From positions 1 to 64,000 of the forward strand of contig WJMJ01000062.1 in the NCBI GenBank assembly GCA_014728035.1: a stretch of 64,000 nt of DNA. The letters are read 5' to 3'. Below, piece by piece: positions 27,101 to 30,449 of this stretch (position 1 is the stretch's first letter; every line of letters starts with the position of its first letter). The translations under genes were made by a program, and so were the position numbers. The notes beneath the pieces were generated by a model, which saw only the letters and a list, made by a program, of their open reading frames with translations, was not told the DNA's origin and searched no databases. The stretch comes from Promethearchaeota archaeon (lineage in GTDB: Archaea > Asgardarchaeota > Thorarchaeia > Thorarchaeales > Thorarchaeaceae).

Positions 27101-30075
27101 ACCACATCAGGAACACTGAGTAGACCTCTTTCACTTGAGACTGAGAGCAATCCACCCTCATGAACTTCAAAAGACGATAGTGAACTGTGAAGATGTGCCA
27201 AAGCGAGATAGAAGATATCGGTGGGTGATAATTCTAATGATTTCAGCTCCTCTGGAGAAATGCCCTTATCAATACATAGTTTGGCCAGAGCCAACCGACC
27301 AAGTTCTTGACCCAAGGTAATACCTCTCTGTCTACAGGATAATTGCCGCATCAATGATGCGGCTCTTATGGGGGAGATGATGCTACGAGACTCAAAAGCA
27401 CCGCCAATCTCGTAAGAGAGGATCTTGTCAAGAATACCATAGTCTCTATTGTCAGTATTATCTGGAACTAGTTGAGACATGAATATGATCTCAGCAAGAA
27501 TCATTGCAAATCTTACAGCTTCATCTTTAGCTGGTGTTATTAGGTCTGAGTCCTCAGACTTACCATCTTTCTCCACTAGAGCTCGGTATGCCTTGTTCAA
27601 TCTATCAATTTCAGTAGGGTCAGTAAGAAGATTCTCTATTTCTCGATGTAGACTAGTAGGCATTAATGTGACCCTAGCATATCTTCTTCCTTGAATCACC
27701 TTGTATAATTTGTCCAATCGGCCTTTCAGATCTGTGGGATTCATGTTATTAGATATCTTGATATTTGTTTCATATTCTACATCGATAATAGGATGCCCCC
27801 TTCGTTGGTATACCTCGATTGCACGAACTGCAACAGGATGCATTAGTAGAGGTAGCAGAGAGTCCATTCCCGGAGTGAAACGCGCTACAGTCAAGAAGCC
27901 TTCAATAATAAGTAGTGCATCTCTAAACGAAACTTCATCCTTCATGCGGCCCATATTAAACTCACGTAGAAGACTTGCAATCTCCGCATCCAGACGCATC
28001 GTTTGAATCTCTTGTTTGCTATGCAGAAGAACAAGATTGCGAGACAAATATTGAAATCCAAGATTATCAAGGCTGTATTCCCCAATACTTTTTGTAGTAG
28101 TCGAGAGCATTTTTTCAACATTGATCATTTCCGAGTGAAACTGGTCTGTAAGGTCGATTGTGACCCTAATTTCAGGGTTGTTTCCTAGAAGATTTTGGAG
28201 TAGCGGTGTCTTCAAAGTCTTCGTGAATTCTGAGGAGGTAAAATCAGGAGAAAATTGATTCAAAAAGCTTGGAGTAAATGGGGATGATTTGTCAGCTCTA
28301 CTAACGGATATGGAGAAATTCTTCAGAGTGACCTGGCCATTATATCCGGCCTCTGTAGCACGAACCTGAATGATGACCTCATTGGAGAATACCTGAGTAT
28401 CTATGGGTATTGTGCTGGTCCACCGTTTTTGATCTCTTTGGGTCTCGATACATTCACAGGTATGTCTACGAGTGGTATTGTCATAGTATAGGAGAATATC
28501 AACAGAGGAAACATCAACAGTGTCAACAGTAAGACATTCAATATCAAGTTCGGGTCTTTGTGTCATCGAATCAATGACCAGTCTTTGTTGAAAAGGCTTG
28601 ACCAGCTCGATGTGGGTCTTATGGATGAAGACATTCTCATATGAGGTCCAAGGAGCATATTCCAGACTTCCAATGGAAGATTCCCATTTTCCAAATAGCT
28701 CCTGAATCTTCCCAAATGGCAGTCCCAAGGACACAGTTGGAGATAGTTCCATCAGGAACATGAATAGAAATACCAAAGATAGTACCATCATCGTTCTTTT
28801 AGGAGAGACAAAACTAATTCCAATCCCAACCAATGTTAATGAGAGAAACAGAAAGACCAAATCATTGTCAGGAGTCTCAGACGTGGAAGGTTCGGAAAGA
28901 AGTTCTGCAACCGGATAGTTATATCGATCTTTTAGATTCCAACATATTGAACTATCATTCTGTTCTGAGATTACATACGGGGTATAAGTCTGGTATATTT
29001 CTGAGGTCAGATTCAATAGGGTATCGCGAAGTAGAAGTAAAGAAAGCCCTTCTGATAGTGAAGTGGTCCGTTTTGTTTGACCAGAATACCAAGAAGATAG
29101 ATCTAGCTTTACTCGTTTTAGGAGGTCTGCAATCTCCTTTGGTCCAGACTCTGTTGAAAATAAGGAGTCTAATGCATCAAGTCGTATGAGTGTGTTGATC
29201 GATTTGTAAGTAGCTTGGTGAGAGGTCATAGTGGAAGTTGGAGGGAATGAATTCGAATCATAATCATAGAGTGACACAATTCGTTCTGCTATTGATTCAG
29301 TATCGATAAGATGAGAGATGATTGCCGAGTCATAAGAGTGAGTACCGACCATAAAGTGAAGTAGTTCCGTATATTGAACAATCGAATCCAGACCAGAATT
29401 CGCAAGTTCCTCACTCAGATCATTGAACAATACCAAATCCAAGACTAACATGTTATCTTTGCGAGCAGGCTCATAGTCCGACCACGTGAGTTTCACGTCA
29501 GAGATTTGAAAAGGAGATAGTCCTAGTTCAGAGTAGAAACCTGTTGTGTGAGCTATTCTCAATACCCAATAGTAGACAGCGAGGTTATCGAGGTTGCTTA
29601 GACTCCGTAAAGATACAGACCGTCTAAAAGAGGAATGGAGATAACGACGTACATCTTCCAAGACTTCTCTTGGAATACCACCTATATGATTCAAGATTTC
29701 GAGACTAAATGCAGTTGTTTCAAAATCAGGTCCAGCAGATGCATCAGTCTGAAAACCACCCTGAATAGGCTCATGCTGGGCTAGTACATCATCCCGAACC
29801 CTATCCAATATCTCTGACAGTCTTGCATCCCATTCAGAATCGGATGCTAATTCCAATAGCTGTAGAGCTGATAATGTGGATGATAATGTTGCATTACTCC
29901 CAGGTGTATCTCCAAATCCGTGATTCAGAGGATCGTAACAATCGACAAGATACGAGGGGATATCGATGTGTTGTTCTGAGACTTGATTCGTTGACGCGGT
30001 CATAACAACAGAACTGGATAGAATCAAGACCATCACAAGTATGTATTGACTTAGTAACTTCGCATTGAACTGCAT
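148..30075 (-). CDS. Giant (9,975 aa) membrane-anchored multidomain surface protein
   Basis: Single stop-free 29.9-kb ORF. N-terminal signal peptide, prenyltransferase/alpha-alpha-toroid-like region (GGFQ...PDFETTAFSLEIL), TM hairpin at aa ~406-446, charged region aa ~630-1950, then an acidic S/T/D-rich body with many N-x-S/T sequons, CBM-like jelly-rolls, DDD-linked Ig-like repeats, TSP3-like repeats, PA14-like modules and a hydrophobic C-terminus. GGGAG SD-like sequence upstream of the ATG. Confidence 0.9.
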   Translation of the reverse strand: MQFNAKLLSQYILVMVLILSSSVVMTASTNQVSEQHIDIPSYLVDCYDPLNHGFGDTPGSNATLSSTLSALQLLELASDSEWDARLSEILDRVRDDVLAQHEPIQGGFQTDASAGPDFETTAFSLEILNHIGGIPREVLEDVRRYLHSSFRRSVSLRSLSNLDNLAVYYWVLRIAHTTGFYSELGLSPFQISDVKLTWSDYEPARKDNMLVLDLVLFNDLSEELANSGLDSIVQYTELLHFMVGTHSYDSAIISHLIDTESIAERIVSLYDYDSNSFPPTSTMTSHQATYKSINTLIRLDALDSLFSTESGPKEIADLLKRVKLDLSSWYSGQTKRTTSLSEGLSLLLLRDTLLNLTSEIYQTYTPYVISEQNDSSICWNLKDRYNYPVAELLSEPSTSETPDNDLVFLFLSLTLVGIGISFVSPKRTMMVLSLVFLFMFLMELSPTVSLGLPFGKIQELFGKWESSIGSLEYAPWTSYENVFIHKTHIELVKPFQQRLVIDSMTQRPELDIECLTVDTVDVSSVDILLYYDNTTRRHTCECIETQRDQKRWTSTIPIDTQVFSNEVIIQVRATEAGYNGQVTLKNFSISVSRADKSSPFTPSFLNQFSPDFTSSEFTKTLKTPLLQNLLGNNPEIRVTIDLTDQFHSEMINVEKMLSTTTKSIGEYSLDNLGFQYLSRNLVLLHSKQEIQTMRLDAEIASLLREFNMGRMKDEVSFRDALLIIEGFLTVARFTPGMDSLLPLLMHPVAVRAIEVYQRRGHPIIDVEYETNIKISNNMNPTDLKGRLDKLYKVIQGRRYARVTLMPTSLHREIENLLTDPTEIDRLNKAYRALVEKDGKSEDSDLITPAKDEAVRFAMILAEIIFMSQLVPDNTDNRDYGILDKILSYEIGGAFESRSIISPIRAASLMRQLSCRQRGITLGQELGRLALAKLCIDKGISPEELKSLELSPTDIFYLALAHLHSSLSSFEVHEGGLLSVSSERGLLSVPDVVIAISQQILQEFEISEDVDKVLTHLIGTVRGAVETLAIKMGELDDVKNTRIALLHYFAKPSSGKHLRDMVEYRRINKESEKVEILKTTSAQSERHGLVGSDIPPIFVALYSRDESGEIRPQKIVYLKQEYHKLLGRKESDLEPKELDLFKDAEVTGILRIEEGAITIDPDALMKHAIDISKTSGISNSILGEIGFPSALCEGKTESGPNPSKNIDTFEKLFYWAARYEDSDKYKIPMSGAKIVSETRSSWVRIDSGKLLGKIYLDEADIAQNFMSRILKENKRETEKISTTIHPLGFTDTEYGKKKIKYEDRTGRLVERYLSLFKSWEKFSEISIQIELPVGQIYPQKGSNSNNPVQTPLLGSRNPGKVLHSFFIDNDFEIPTLFTVPEISGQYDDIVIEISKLPLDGLDDYVICYTHEGSPFIGGRLSSLCRADVPIITEFSKALLTSIVNKIENKDTIVSPLRGSSKIQTSSNREFWGGKEGEGGVADKLRALIKTITDYKIALEKYRTEPNSQSYSELKQVEESLSSVYEEIYTIPAYKENLVIDGTPAPQKFRIEFRKLCNMIDVILFSPVYHLLQRSRWRFESLIAEVDEGSHNTHDTKSDIYRTGDIYTGEKWPDNRRYGSFAAIASIDRTRYNELLDRGLISSDTTFNAADGWKSDEGDGIWIPIDIEHPVGGSYLDAQHASDSRTLMLLAQKDSEGHMWFSSGFILDIGAKYLTSINVIEGETSIKMTGVKSTGNIQTFVHTHPYKEGVYVVRTSSVKGDAIHPFETIALAINENGKAEKYFDRSDHKLGKDGCTKSAYLNGARSSARKIIAAILPDDLLPEIDALLSEAEDVYKKTGMAFDTGINSLATQILTLVGITRSPERMRRLEFLLRLDPGPLIGDIDLDLVSEYLSWSLGNFDNVKEMLPSIVTSDLLTNPVENDWIHHLLLNTSVSSSLKTIALQMVGYELMDSSPLCDDWDYPPYQLGEWRYRGLGEQDTVTKLSSIPITATIPSIAGAIEQQAQVKEDIQASGIYLSLSDVDITSQEVSIELVHNGHRYESKETVDTEGVFLFEFDRSISLSAGDSFSIRIPSQDITTGFGLSYSAFSDSQAFVYDGDSSVSGDSLDDTRLIFGIHDASQENSIGYQKTGIYFETAIDQSHETILGEAKNYLSAYFALHPESQLPSTEIVTVTFNSTTNTTHVSIADYVTSDSQVYSQIPDDSYNTIPVYVYGEDTARICTSLIMSGHSNIAVINDEQLIFLVQNHIPGILVILSDSIPYQLLELDGTGDSYIHSWIADGNQIVSSGVIPFDYVSVQGKLYSSEEYLYLSGTSAHGRSLSSQLVLQSQIDTSIVRFDDMKEQIYYNGTELVLDGSGNEVAMTSYIPKEASYSYSFSLAIPSDYITLNNTFDILVDDEVIFDRVSMTALAHEIEKGTRTASINENDFRLTLISLGSVTNRTESYDHYLCFLTGYEPYSIGYHQVTLRDSAENMMTGSMIVYASDSLLSEESRYRPNIYNDLLSYMNGIPRFGAGVFAVSGYDMIELAPALSLDSFTLIENGGYSQISNLYAVDLSRVNPQNIYSKDSSGQFGECTVRVGAGLLTMLDMFPMDDETYLTEGIEKLGYVLTGIRWDWDNLLSPASLLETDPYTDSGFMGLAAEFGSIEPSTLLPRSVQPNDDFQSDGAYANSFTNTSQITVINGDEQWNDGRLEIVGNNSIDWFSVTIEDTYISSSQMHILGISSIFVDCAVYVYGDDEYIGLLTDSLTFLDFEGIFTDLTFNCSVSGNMPYLSLDWLRTCNTPAIEAESQYSIPDFFGLEVEGGTTDTGALNILHPGEGTSNVWLNLDSTQHLSVIDIACTVNHSTVDSLSLTIWSGMNRTGVSETFSITPDTIQNIQRIQTYPRYISSIEFSIDGAEFLNWSISWINMHDGSDMALTMDTPLLDRKYESISTLSEDSLVYQVDSTMTVYYPDSLEIDISASPFLHVDSTFNLTFCDLILTTDSGNHTISLTNVSTVYDISSLGSTVLGYGFVLGTDGQARSLSVDCIAFSPSDQALNERLEVTLRYDTDIGSTNIILGDSLMEWSIGQIALENDTHIFTRAETTILDWTQSYVVVSQELVETKESVEVSFWFNGAIDVSTQSDMDIRFILSEQATRYSDSFGVLNQSVTEPIISNPQFAAIYSSGLGFGLMGLDGQYVTATLPASSVSVDTDQSLVLLPLLEERFELISGIEIDPNFVVSSHDIHPSGLLDGWTGTIEEVSTAFHDGTFAEEYAVFQDFSTTSWWIIDTEESSSDAYSKTILSYDSGQMNVTLNCTDQSSMEYVILRLEHLDAVPEEYPFMRFKLSGVGDLHLTLRFEMTDGLTTETLDILSMTPSESVEENRNIYEQLLSTNRHDWSITSIELLIKETQSSVLLNKSILLDELHIYRIRNWEYVHTNNSTIASVAQSQQGILTITCDSFKETKLQHVQDPKIDTTIYSVFQFRERVGYSSQMNISAINSTATSYSFDEESIIWAIVTADVEFLEDVAELEILVQAGEVEGEGQIDWLRIIEPFLSRFEWDSHSDGSWNSWDGIMTLMSYPPMTGLNNAIDQPYTGTIGSHSIDRWASYQASDTFTNGEHLSIHNAIEYDYTYWDLSSITNRVIENLHDPSGTPQDEDCGWNSGNCYAQSFNIASGSSVSEVQVYVKAEEQTGFVGNNIHWFIYGGTETAPNYNSILRSGSFDASTSTHEWYSFTFSSLSSGWYWVSIQGSSFYITDPEEKSSIQGDDYVYSKPYWKYGDYSGSTGKRYWSTGGSDTNDFFVKVRVDTVITGSTMFNYQIEVHWTDSGGSNVQQLTANGQTVSHAEASDVWITAQTSVISLSIDQVKTYYRQSSLSVSASFSSNPVSDITTWVLPYNFALQDYGDHQSTSDGEFKVTKHSSWTFSSVYPTLSYTVDGNIYTFTGVTYGTQYNVTFTASNTELALVTRRTDAYGNILEENPDDIPTYGYHSLHADVSGIASGSFGIMEYLWDQSTEPSFMYGWVPISNSYTTSPRQAGAGYDDDETVYYRVKWYSSDSWHVYCDYIGFYIRAPKLRASSPNPDFATSQYADSEQVHIEIDYMYSSNDLSLWYRVGSGDFIQATNQSSTYYSLYNHYSSYSFTGFLDVADEENTISFYFTTDKYGGHTWDNDGAYWSFYLEDTDTTDPQVFDVWPVGDPDPTDSSPYVKPGGLYNQGQIRVSCTVNDSQSGIANVSLHYEYVISGLNDTLIMHNGGSGHYWVDLPLHYIDDPTVTEAFDYTITAYDNDTPSCESTTHSEWDVVVYDDNTDGPTLDVPGDATIPSDGTISGYITASDENKIDLNLSSASWRFINESYAHPVDIWTGPDNTSTIVSFFFQIYSDNFDDADEGRTIVVEFSIYDLDRDRGIIDQSASGASTCYTISDDDLLAPTITDIDDSAVMDGGQSYLYVTAIDEESGIGEVIVELDGVNYTDDVLVDGSAGDAQVFQVAIPNLIGEYTITVYTRDNDGTVTSDWLWDSIETIISGHDDDVLRPEVKVWISASTCDEDATIYANVTDCSGVLEITVYYWHETGIHSDTMVLDDSYNATSWRYMFSIDASVIVYGYPLCAYVTVTDNDYDFSNPEDRMSTQTATVSACIEDLTSPQVHSFDGPVGDELYNESSTVQLVLCESSDASLPEQAYLNYTYGLGWMTVRMGVLNQYIENGVTYVLFVAHLPLFYGSSIQYYAIFSDYAGNEDSTSIRTVTSVSDLIPPELVYTRVMDAQPDLNGTLVAKFVEPFTSSGVQSVTALLSIEGEARNLTMTYNSETATWVSTLPALPENTVFSYSFYCTDNAGNDIQTPIFYHTVVWESYPDSVEPYLSLLNIIHDASKVGTFRSLFTVDAEGIYSFVPICNGGVANVTLWLDGTEIPSRSQVVLSPSVHILMMRVETGDSDALWGLQIHNMKAELNDTSGLLHWNVLAPSPVKGLVKLKDASMTGILSMLDYFGTYSYDDMDAIDGDFESDTNPYYSYGAWNHSITAFSLEGYRSSHSVVLCGGDGTPGWIEYNYGTSQLVSGLVFYAKRNITGFTDIEIQLTHSEGFTTKREFRFYQVADWTRYEIDLPEFSLTGVRIAIKNYSYMLYNTHLKLDAIALSRTKVKMHEWSVSTHGDISPHFLLEDKGERVTMDYAAYSEFYAQEGLHYLNISTGDITFMEIYHGGDMIANITTNADIPVILSQGINAFVVFVRANSAHNVPVTFKLHDASAISYGQSCGLLALTSEAHTPYLPIFSSDWNVTGMANMQVIYPDTPDIICSFEFAMNNHDDTSNDYVTFTNSTEIDIRGVPILVSTFDSNSSGLLLQYRALLHSAADGSTMWVETNWYPLSIQELTIDLPFLATKMYALPSGDIDKIFELELHIADLAGDGEIAYDQLVELVTAFKARTGDIISLSPRNSNSHTLLNDFDTGSGYNWTNNAFHGTRAALVGPDCLMMPIPVYQMVSDGLKLSFVANATPTVIFSIAIEEDVYNISTSSASYVPLFADWLRCEIDISLLAEKLLVRQGLKRNPILTSIYIYADDYTRIDSCELFSVETQSVYLPYWDLSLSWNTEVLGFSVSSMADVLHEATPYYRVEFNGTEYCTLDKSWYETISLEIVQQDDSTLVIQQAFSTFAIITDFYEVLESGFINFNREVRRLSDSSLYQNEVMIAFEYDVQKHLREYRIDGTHVPLLSLEDMESTTVPSYTSTFDIDPVEEHVEDKYFATDFSRPYSIDSVYAVYGSDGDVLTLMPLENRSEMWVEYDCLSIPSAMVKYLLMDVVELVKCDAYVLVTSDTSTEFFRFNKSGRYVQTFSITGTYIQRIRIGAEKTTSGSKIRLDWFGLRERAVVFENDYQRIDPQRVHFPYLSENFLSIDGWTAEPEIDLGINSGCLIVDGTSISGETEISLDVSIDTAKYPILHMPYHIKSSECIFVGVRVYYQQANGGYTFDTYTKSYDDDCDKTGLIWANLSADHGVDWVSKVSIFISYSGNAPFTLWVDDLLIVKDPELLYISQTDYEFHESFGDVSEWHAIDSGYIEQSGVESIFDTGKFVASENKANFSRDVDLYILPDSCLILDVSYNGATSYWLSFVLKNDTVLDVFETSNSGWYTIDLSKYAFINVKQLLVGVSNIGGYVAVDHLEISPTEGATVVQDTTAGWSGDVTEAENGYTSIISTTPSWSAIYRLPEPVPLETYNTLSIVYSMTDCDDSPSLRVVGINVNSDPAYGEDGVIVYADWIDYGFIADGTTHRLDIDLSVIDALAGKKFYRIEFTDSPSQAYNLTFYSVSLSQVSGSWTRIGNDNEQYINTLAPSETISLTAWTHASIGSFGAQHPLSYNITRINSMVVEYRSSVEADCWLEVFFLLDGLKFSTKLPQNSEPTKKALFLQDILNEFSTSNISAIGFSINWSDSAIGKELWLNIEKVSIYGSIPSDPAPDTRTIVFSEPILVSDSPFESQNTVSPCYQALSLDLPRYSTEGIDSDNDGLLDDLEIKIGTDPKNNDTDFDLLTDGFEYYTLRTNPVSDDSDKDKMPDAWEYHNSLDPLTRDNKEDPDKDGLDNLGEYNADTDPQDSDTDSDGILDGADANPLEALVMMTRSATYSIYSDACTSTSGWTLLTSSNWDGDTFWGELQSSTLSINNGRYACGSIPSSSQYSHGPMWMRELSTQSTLDGGLCFTAELERIQDSAGIMMKVAILDENKEIMFMLNVHDPWYSSYRMLNVYYCYSDAEGGGSEQYQDAAYGNYLGDFEIYYDSTQDAIIASIENKGSSTLVSSPSATAKSRIATYIAIGWARKYNYNQGFHCYTNDIQITTDQIYSSNEAPVIDSFSSDGSVLDEKSDTYTIQAQVTDADSNLDTVYTDYSLDGGTTWYSSSNGWLDITSSQSGDLFSYEIPRTGTWGWLSALDSIIKYRFKAIDTESEETTSTAQTGGTVTDDDSSAPVLSGAGDDGSVTDAKLDSYHIWISISDSSGISSVEFVYSLDSGITWTSWDSYDSNSSDTYHYYISRTDWLTALDSTIYWRVRTTDNDIDRSSDSLTTTSSDYTGGQITDDDTTVPTLSNLGDDGNILDSKSDGYLLWVDVTDASGISSVEFIYSLDDGTTWSSWTSYSSINGNTYSYTIDRTTWLSALDSSIMWKVRATDSDADRTGDSLTQTSSEQIGGSVSDDDTSAPAISYYTSGTVYDASSQWDNGILTISVDVADSSGISSITLYDVTGSPISYQMNGPGGNGNGIWTVELSYDVGQTLDYFIVVTDGDVDRTGDTLTSQQGSEVNPLIVVVLDDDSDVPLVQSPSDSGSQNDGWNSDYELAVYVTDSSGLSSVEFAYSLDNGESWSSYESYYTNTSCTYGFSIAPSVWHEATGSTLIWRVRTVDADSDRSGDSTLLLSEFIGGTISDDDSASPDFSSPSPITGTESGDVLLSITISDYSPLSEVVFWFEIGGQWTSRAGTQDGASWTCIIYNHESVAGSVLWKVYARDGDNDRTNDTLEAESEVYSFDWTWSSEATVGPLDCTLSCDDWISYGVFDTADYTASLEIEWNFADLSVTDQWFIIRWRYDSPIQLNSSSIQVMFEHEGMNITRNMLHASVSSGISDWRVYTIALSNIVSRFDTLTRLFIRVAAGSIHIQHMTLGFGGISSNGYLLPKVDGQTELEITKYGYSATSNSCTNVSYLNLDFPISSMSELVINGDLSVSSGATWLNIKGLTNESVSQTVSHQLSWPTWDRIVLNISAIAGHLQVITSIGIYQDAPGQRLSISEFALINRPMSRIDVGSDYVELLGTSKYSGLTLFNLQSLDVNTLQTTRENSTDVTTTGVLSMFASITEYYDQGPVYTKFSSLINGIPETVHYHPHSNLEVWTTEYDLNLHVATDAIEFEIGENTTQVLLDEVIILDQTRHRIEFMMCGWVEGRSINRTYTITETGLINWTTVYADELTMESVRLWAAINQAPVLYLNSVERESDIITSASTYPLAPLTEGKHSVRALTHKNKVYVSVILVDNATLNATDFSYLHLSVKPYVDTGYTIEAVHEYRIRMVLDNGSVAYAISSDGDEIFELQEDLHHGVNELFISLENLDRDISNRTITEISFIMYDNSLSPAIIGATLDDVYLTNTLDIAQDDYLWKVTRESDSTNYEYMNSSELYFDSSGLAISRFTSYNGLIVYGDVLLQDSVFSSSANSSCFAGYLTHKQSLKGIDVDGSTSLDIYEQRDLRLMVDPASGDSNITVSYYWANDTVSPYSITVSSLAGNSTQDTIYLNQTVKTVISLDIVSLFLHLNVTEGELPDLYQFNVTTGVYDVYMTSPDSIVPVTMYQTVDRKGSRLAPSGDTDGIDEDGFITSWIASPRDLMDGSLFIYDNNFDLSRLKKTVNLDNPNCSIQFYTWLDFENGVDDSAPLWWNDYLPQPVSDPVGQETTVLSSGTSQILEVIHEYTTDEAVGLFGSFETWITWDWHYDSELDLWVTDSPRAYGDQYRFSVRKYVWDLDGGATEPITILSEWTTSVAHNQWVHWDLDFASDEVRYRQMDITGEPSSVVYHEEFSSPHGLGGITQIAIVESLGGNSGNISYFLDDLQIWANNYTMLIYREDFSHYDLNEMVSVSGWDLEIGATQFSIETCRNQGFSWSVMDIDPELLTVYDRPEAQLEFMNGWYRAMHYDEETPTYANYLSGYPREYAEALGQKWYQHYFTVLEVPQTDWYTFSLTVSSMTNVEVWIDGIDMTPEAGTTISTYLRTGIHTIYLRLYQDGGASENWFKFKFTHEDGSPVENCNTYLPTHGRYTAVYYDYDHYERIREGGSVSLYEAPSAMLDKTNILMKTDAIGGMKVTLDATDLMQYMIRDVASMGYFSDGRAFTPLMETAGSVIFSCDAVPDTIFQGEYDGSLAERFLEASGYMTTDGWAPFYYTTHKDGSASIWPDGPERVLDLDMDSAWYHADNATVEFTPKDIPYKGMFSQSYSNPEYWADSYTYDIDLPSHTDRYHSVTVSSVDTNNYEQGLEYEWWTVSTDPADNNTDTYKSSDDAYKFVVPPGSTKIRVEGRFPDECPPFDPAYTGEVENHYGGIYLTMGGYYVYNTTRANSTRLINDVEPYTWYIHSPLIDTGDPKTVLFEIDLSRFDMLYDFFITDVTINVAVCERDYVVGSTDFHYNNKMFSISRISIIKEFSVRTHQGVEFPMLLPTPDGGLLQDISMERVVLPHHQQEFDYYVESSEDVWNDHISASILGWDGSNNIPISSPTLEASDSTNLHMTSPTNPLLSRVDFKSSDGINPWNYRLSFNPTPDYDVSSHCATKFYWQVLNVNGQYLIDLDHDDGFSFWIPGITSTVHHSSAGSAPTSTGQMILGDIDREYRPIWSIDTSYLKQADRKYLDYATINEGPPSSFASPITFQADRQGLGVLSFGLSSVISQDHIWRNATLCQTYLDTISRYNHMNMWGHSLLDECVSEVSLDYSVEDRIDVWNTEGWADELHGQALRGSLATIVGGPLYMGVAGSNYFANSLGYGPVVDIDSMIHPRCGDGELSSYIEENWVLDIDGADWFSDGQYNYTEVGEERQPLVQSLNVQNETLQVRPTIYETSSWGDDETPKDILDVPGLHWWTGESQYARHQVVRGKQVTFNFEWGPDTPDEFFMKLRFALFGQLYNETFVLTPTNTTITIDITKYHSNWMNNGTPIWNSNAELVNTVPQMDVMVCRKNPDNVTSLVDIARNLLYYDSYALRMEYDHDYIGRYLDILKQQEADSVEVRKAMITLGATMVSFAPVTAGITALWGSELIISATTGRSMFDHLLLGGMDIINTYTDTFGDGPVFSDSTMGNFSLWQITSNRGWNLFLQELLADLISMGLTGVVSKIRSIGRNIHTFDMNTKSYMNLGQRVRNRLLSWTDTTSRVLQRSATQRIHYLGVNLLSSLVDGLVKYSDLVGEVVFEMAFDSMMAVDPAQRPIGGAYGFTGVMSMSIITSAALRSVGRMNSYIGKGISLNYLARETRIGLQIVLTGLQLSMVAMRIPVMQARWSG
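7620..9660 (-). repeat. Six tandem ~115-aa Ig/cadherin-like repeats within the giant ORF
   Basis: DDD linker codons at 9310, 8965, 8620, 8275 and 7933 (spacing 345, 345, 345, 342 nt). Recurring DxSG[IL]SS[VI], YSLDxGx[TS]W (Asp-box) and DxDxDRxxD motifs. Confidence 0.85.
10360..10690 (-). repeat. Thrombospondin type-3-like (bacterial TSP3) Ca2+-binding repeats within the giant ORF
   Basis: DSDNDGLLDDLE...GTDPKNNDTDFDLLTDGFE...DDSDKDKMPDAWE...DPDKDGLDNLGE...DTDSDGILDGAD. Confidence 0.85.
15610..17610 (-). repeat. Second, more diverged array of ~6 Ig-like repeats within the giant ORF
   Basis: Linkers DTDTTDP, DDNTDGP, DDDLLAP, DDDVLRP, EDLTSP, SDLIPP, with DxxSG[IV] and [TS]Dx[AD]G?N motifs. 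Confidence 0.7.
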
Positions 30076-30449
30076 AGGAATTCTACTCCCAACCCGAACA
30101 CCAATAGACAGCTATGATGGATTGATATGACATACTCCTTCATATGGACCTACTTTACGGTGTTGCTTGAAATTTCGTTGTGACGCAATAATATAAACCA
30201 CTATCGATAACTTATCATCCATAATATAATACCTCTATTCAATGTACGGAGTTGTTATAGAACCCCACTAATGTAGATATGTTATAATAACCCGTAGAAA
30301 GAATAAACGAACGCTATTTACTCCAGTATCCTGTTTTGTTTGCTGATTCTTTTCACCCCAAGAGGCAAGATTAGAAAGAAAATGCCTCATTAGTCATCTT
30401 CTACGAGCTTAAAAGGGAAGGATATCAAGAGAGTATTGGTGGAGTCCGT

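Noticed and set aside
7-30005. Dozens of 60-160 aa ORFs overlapping the giant ORF, and similar ones over other genes
   Set aside because: They are antisense or out-of-frame shadows of long, well-supported genes, with no motifs or translation signals.
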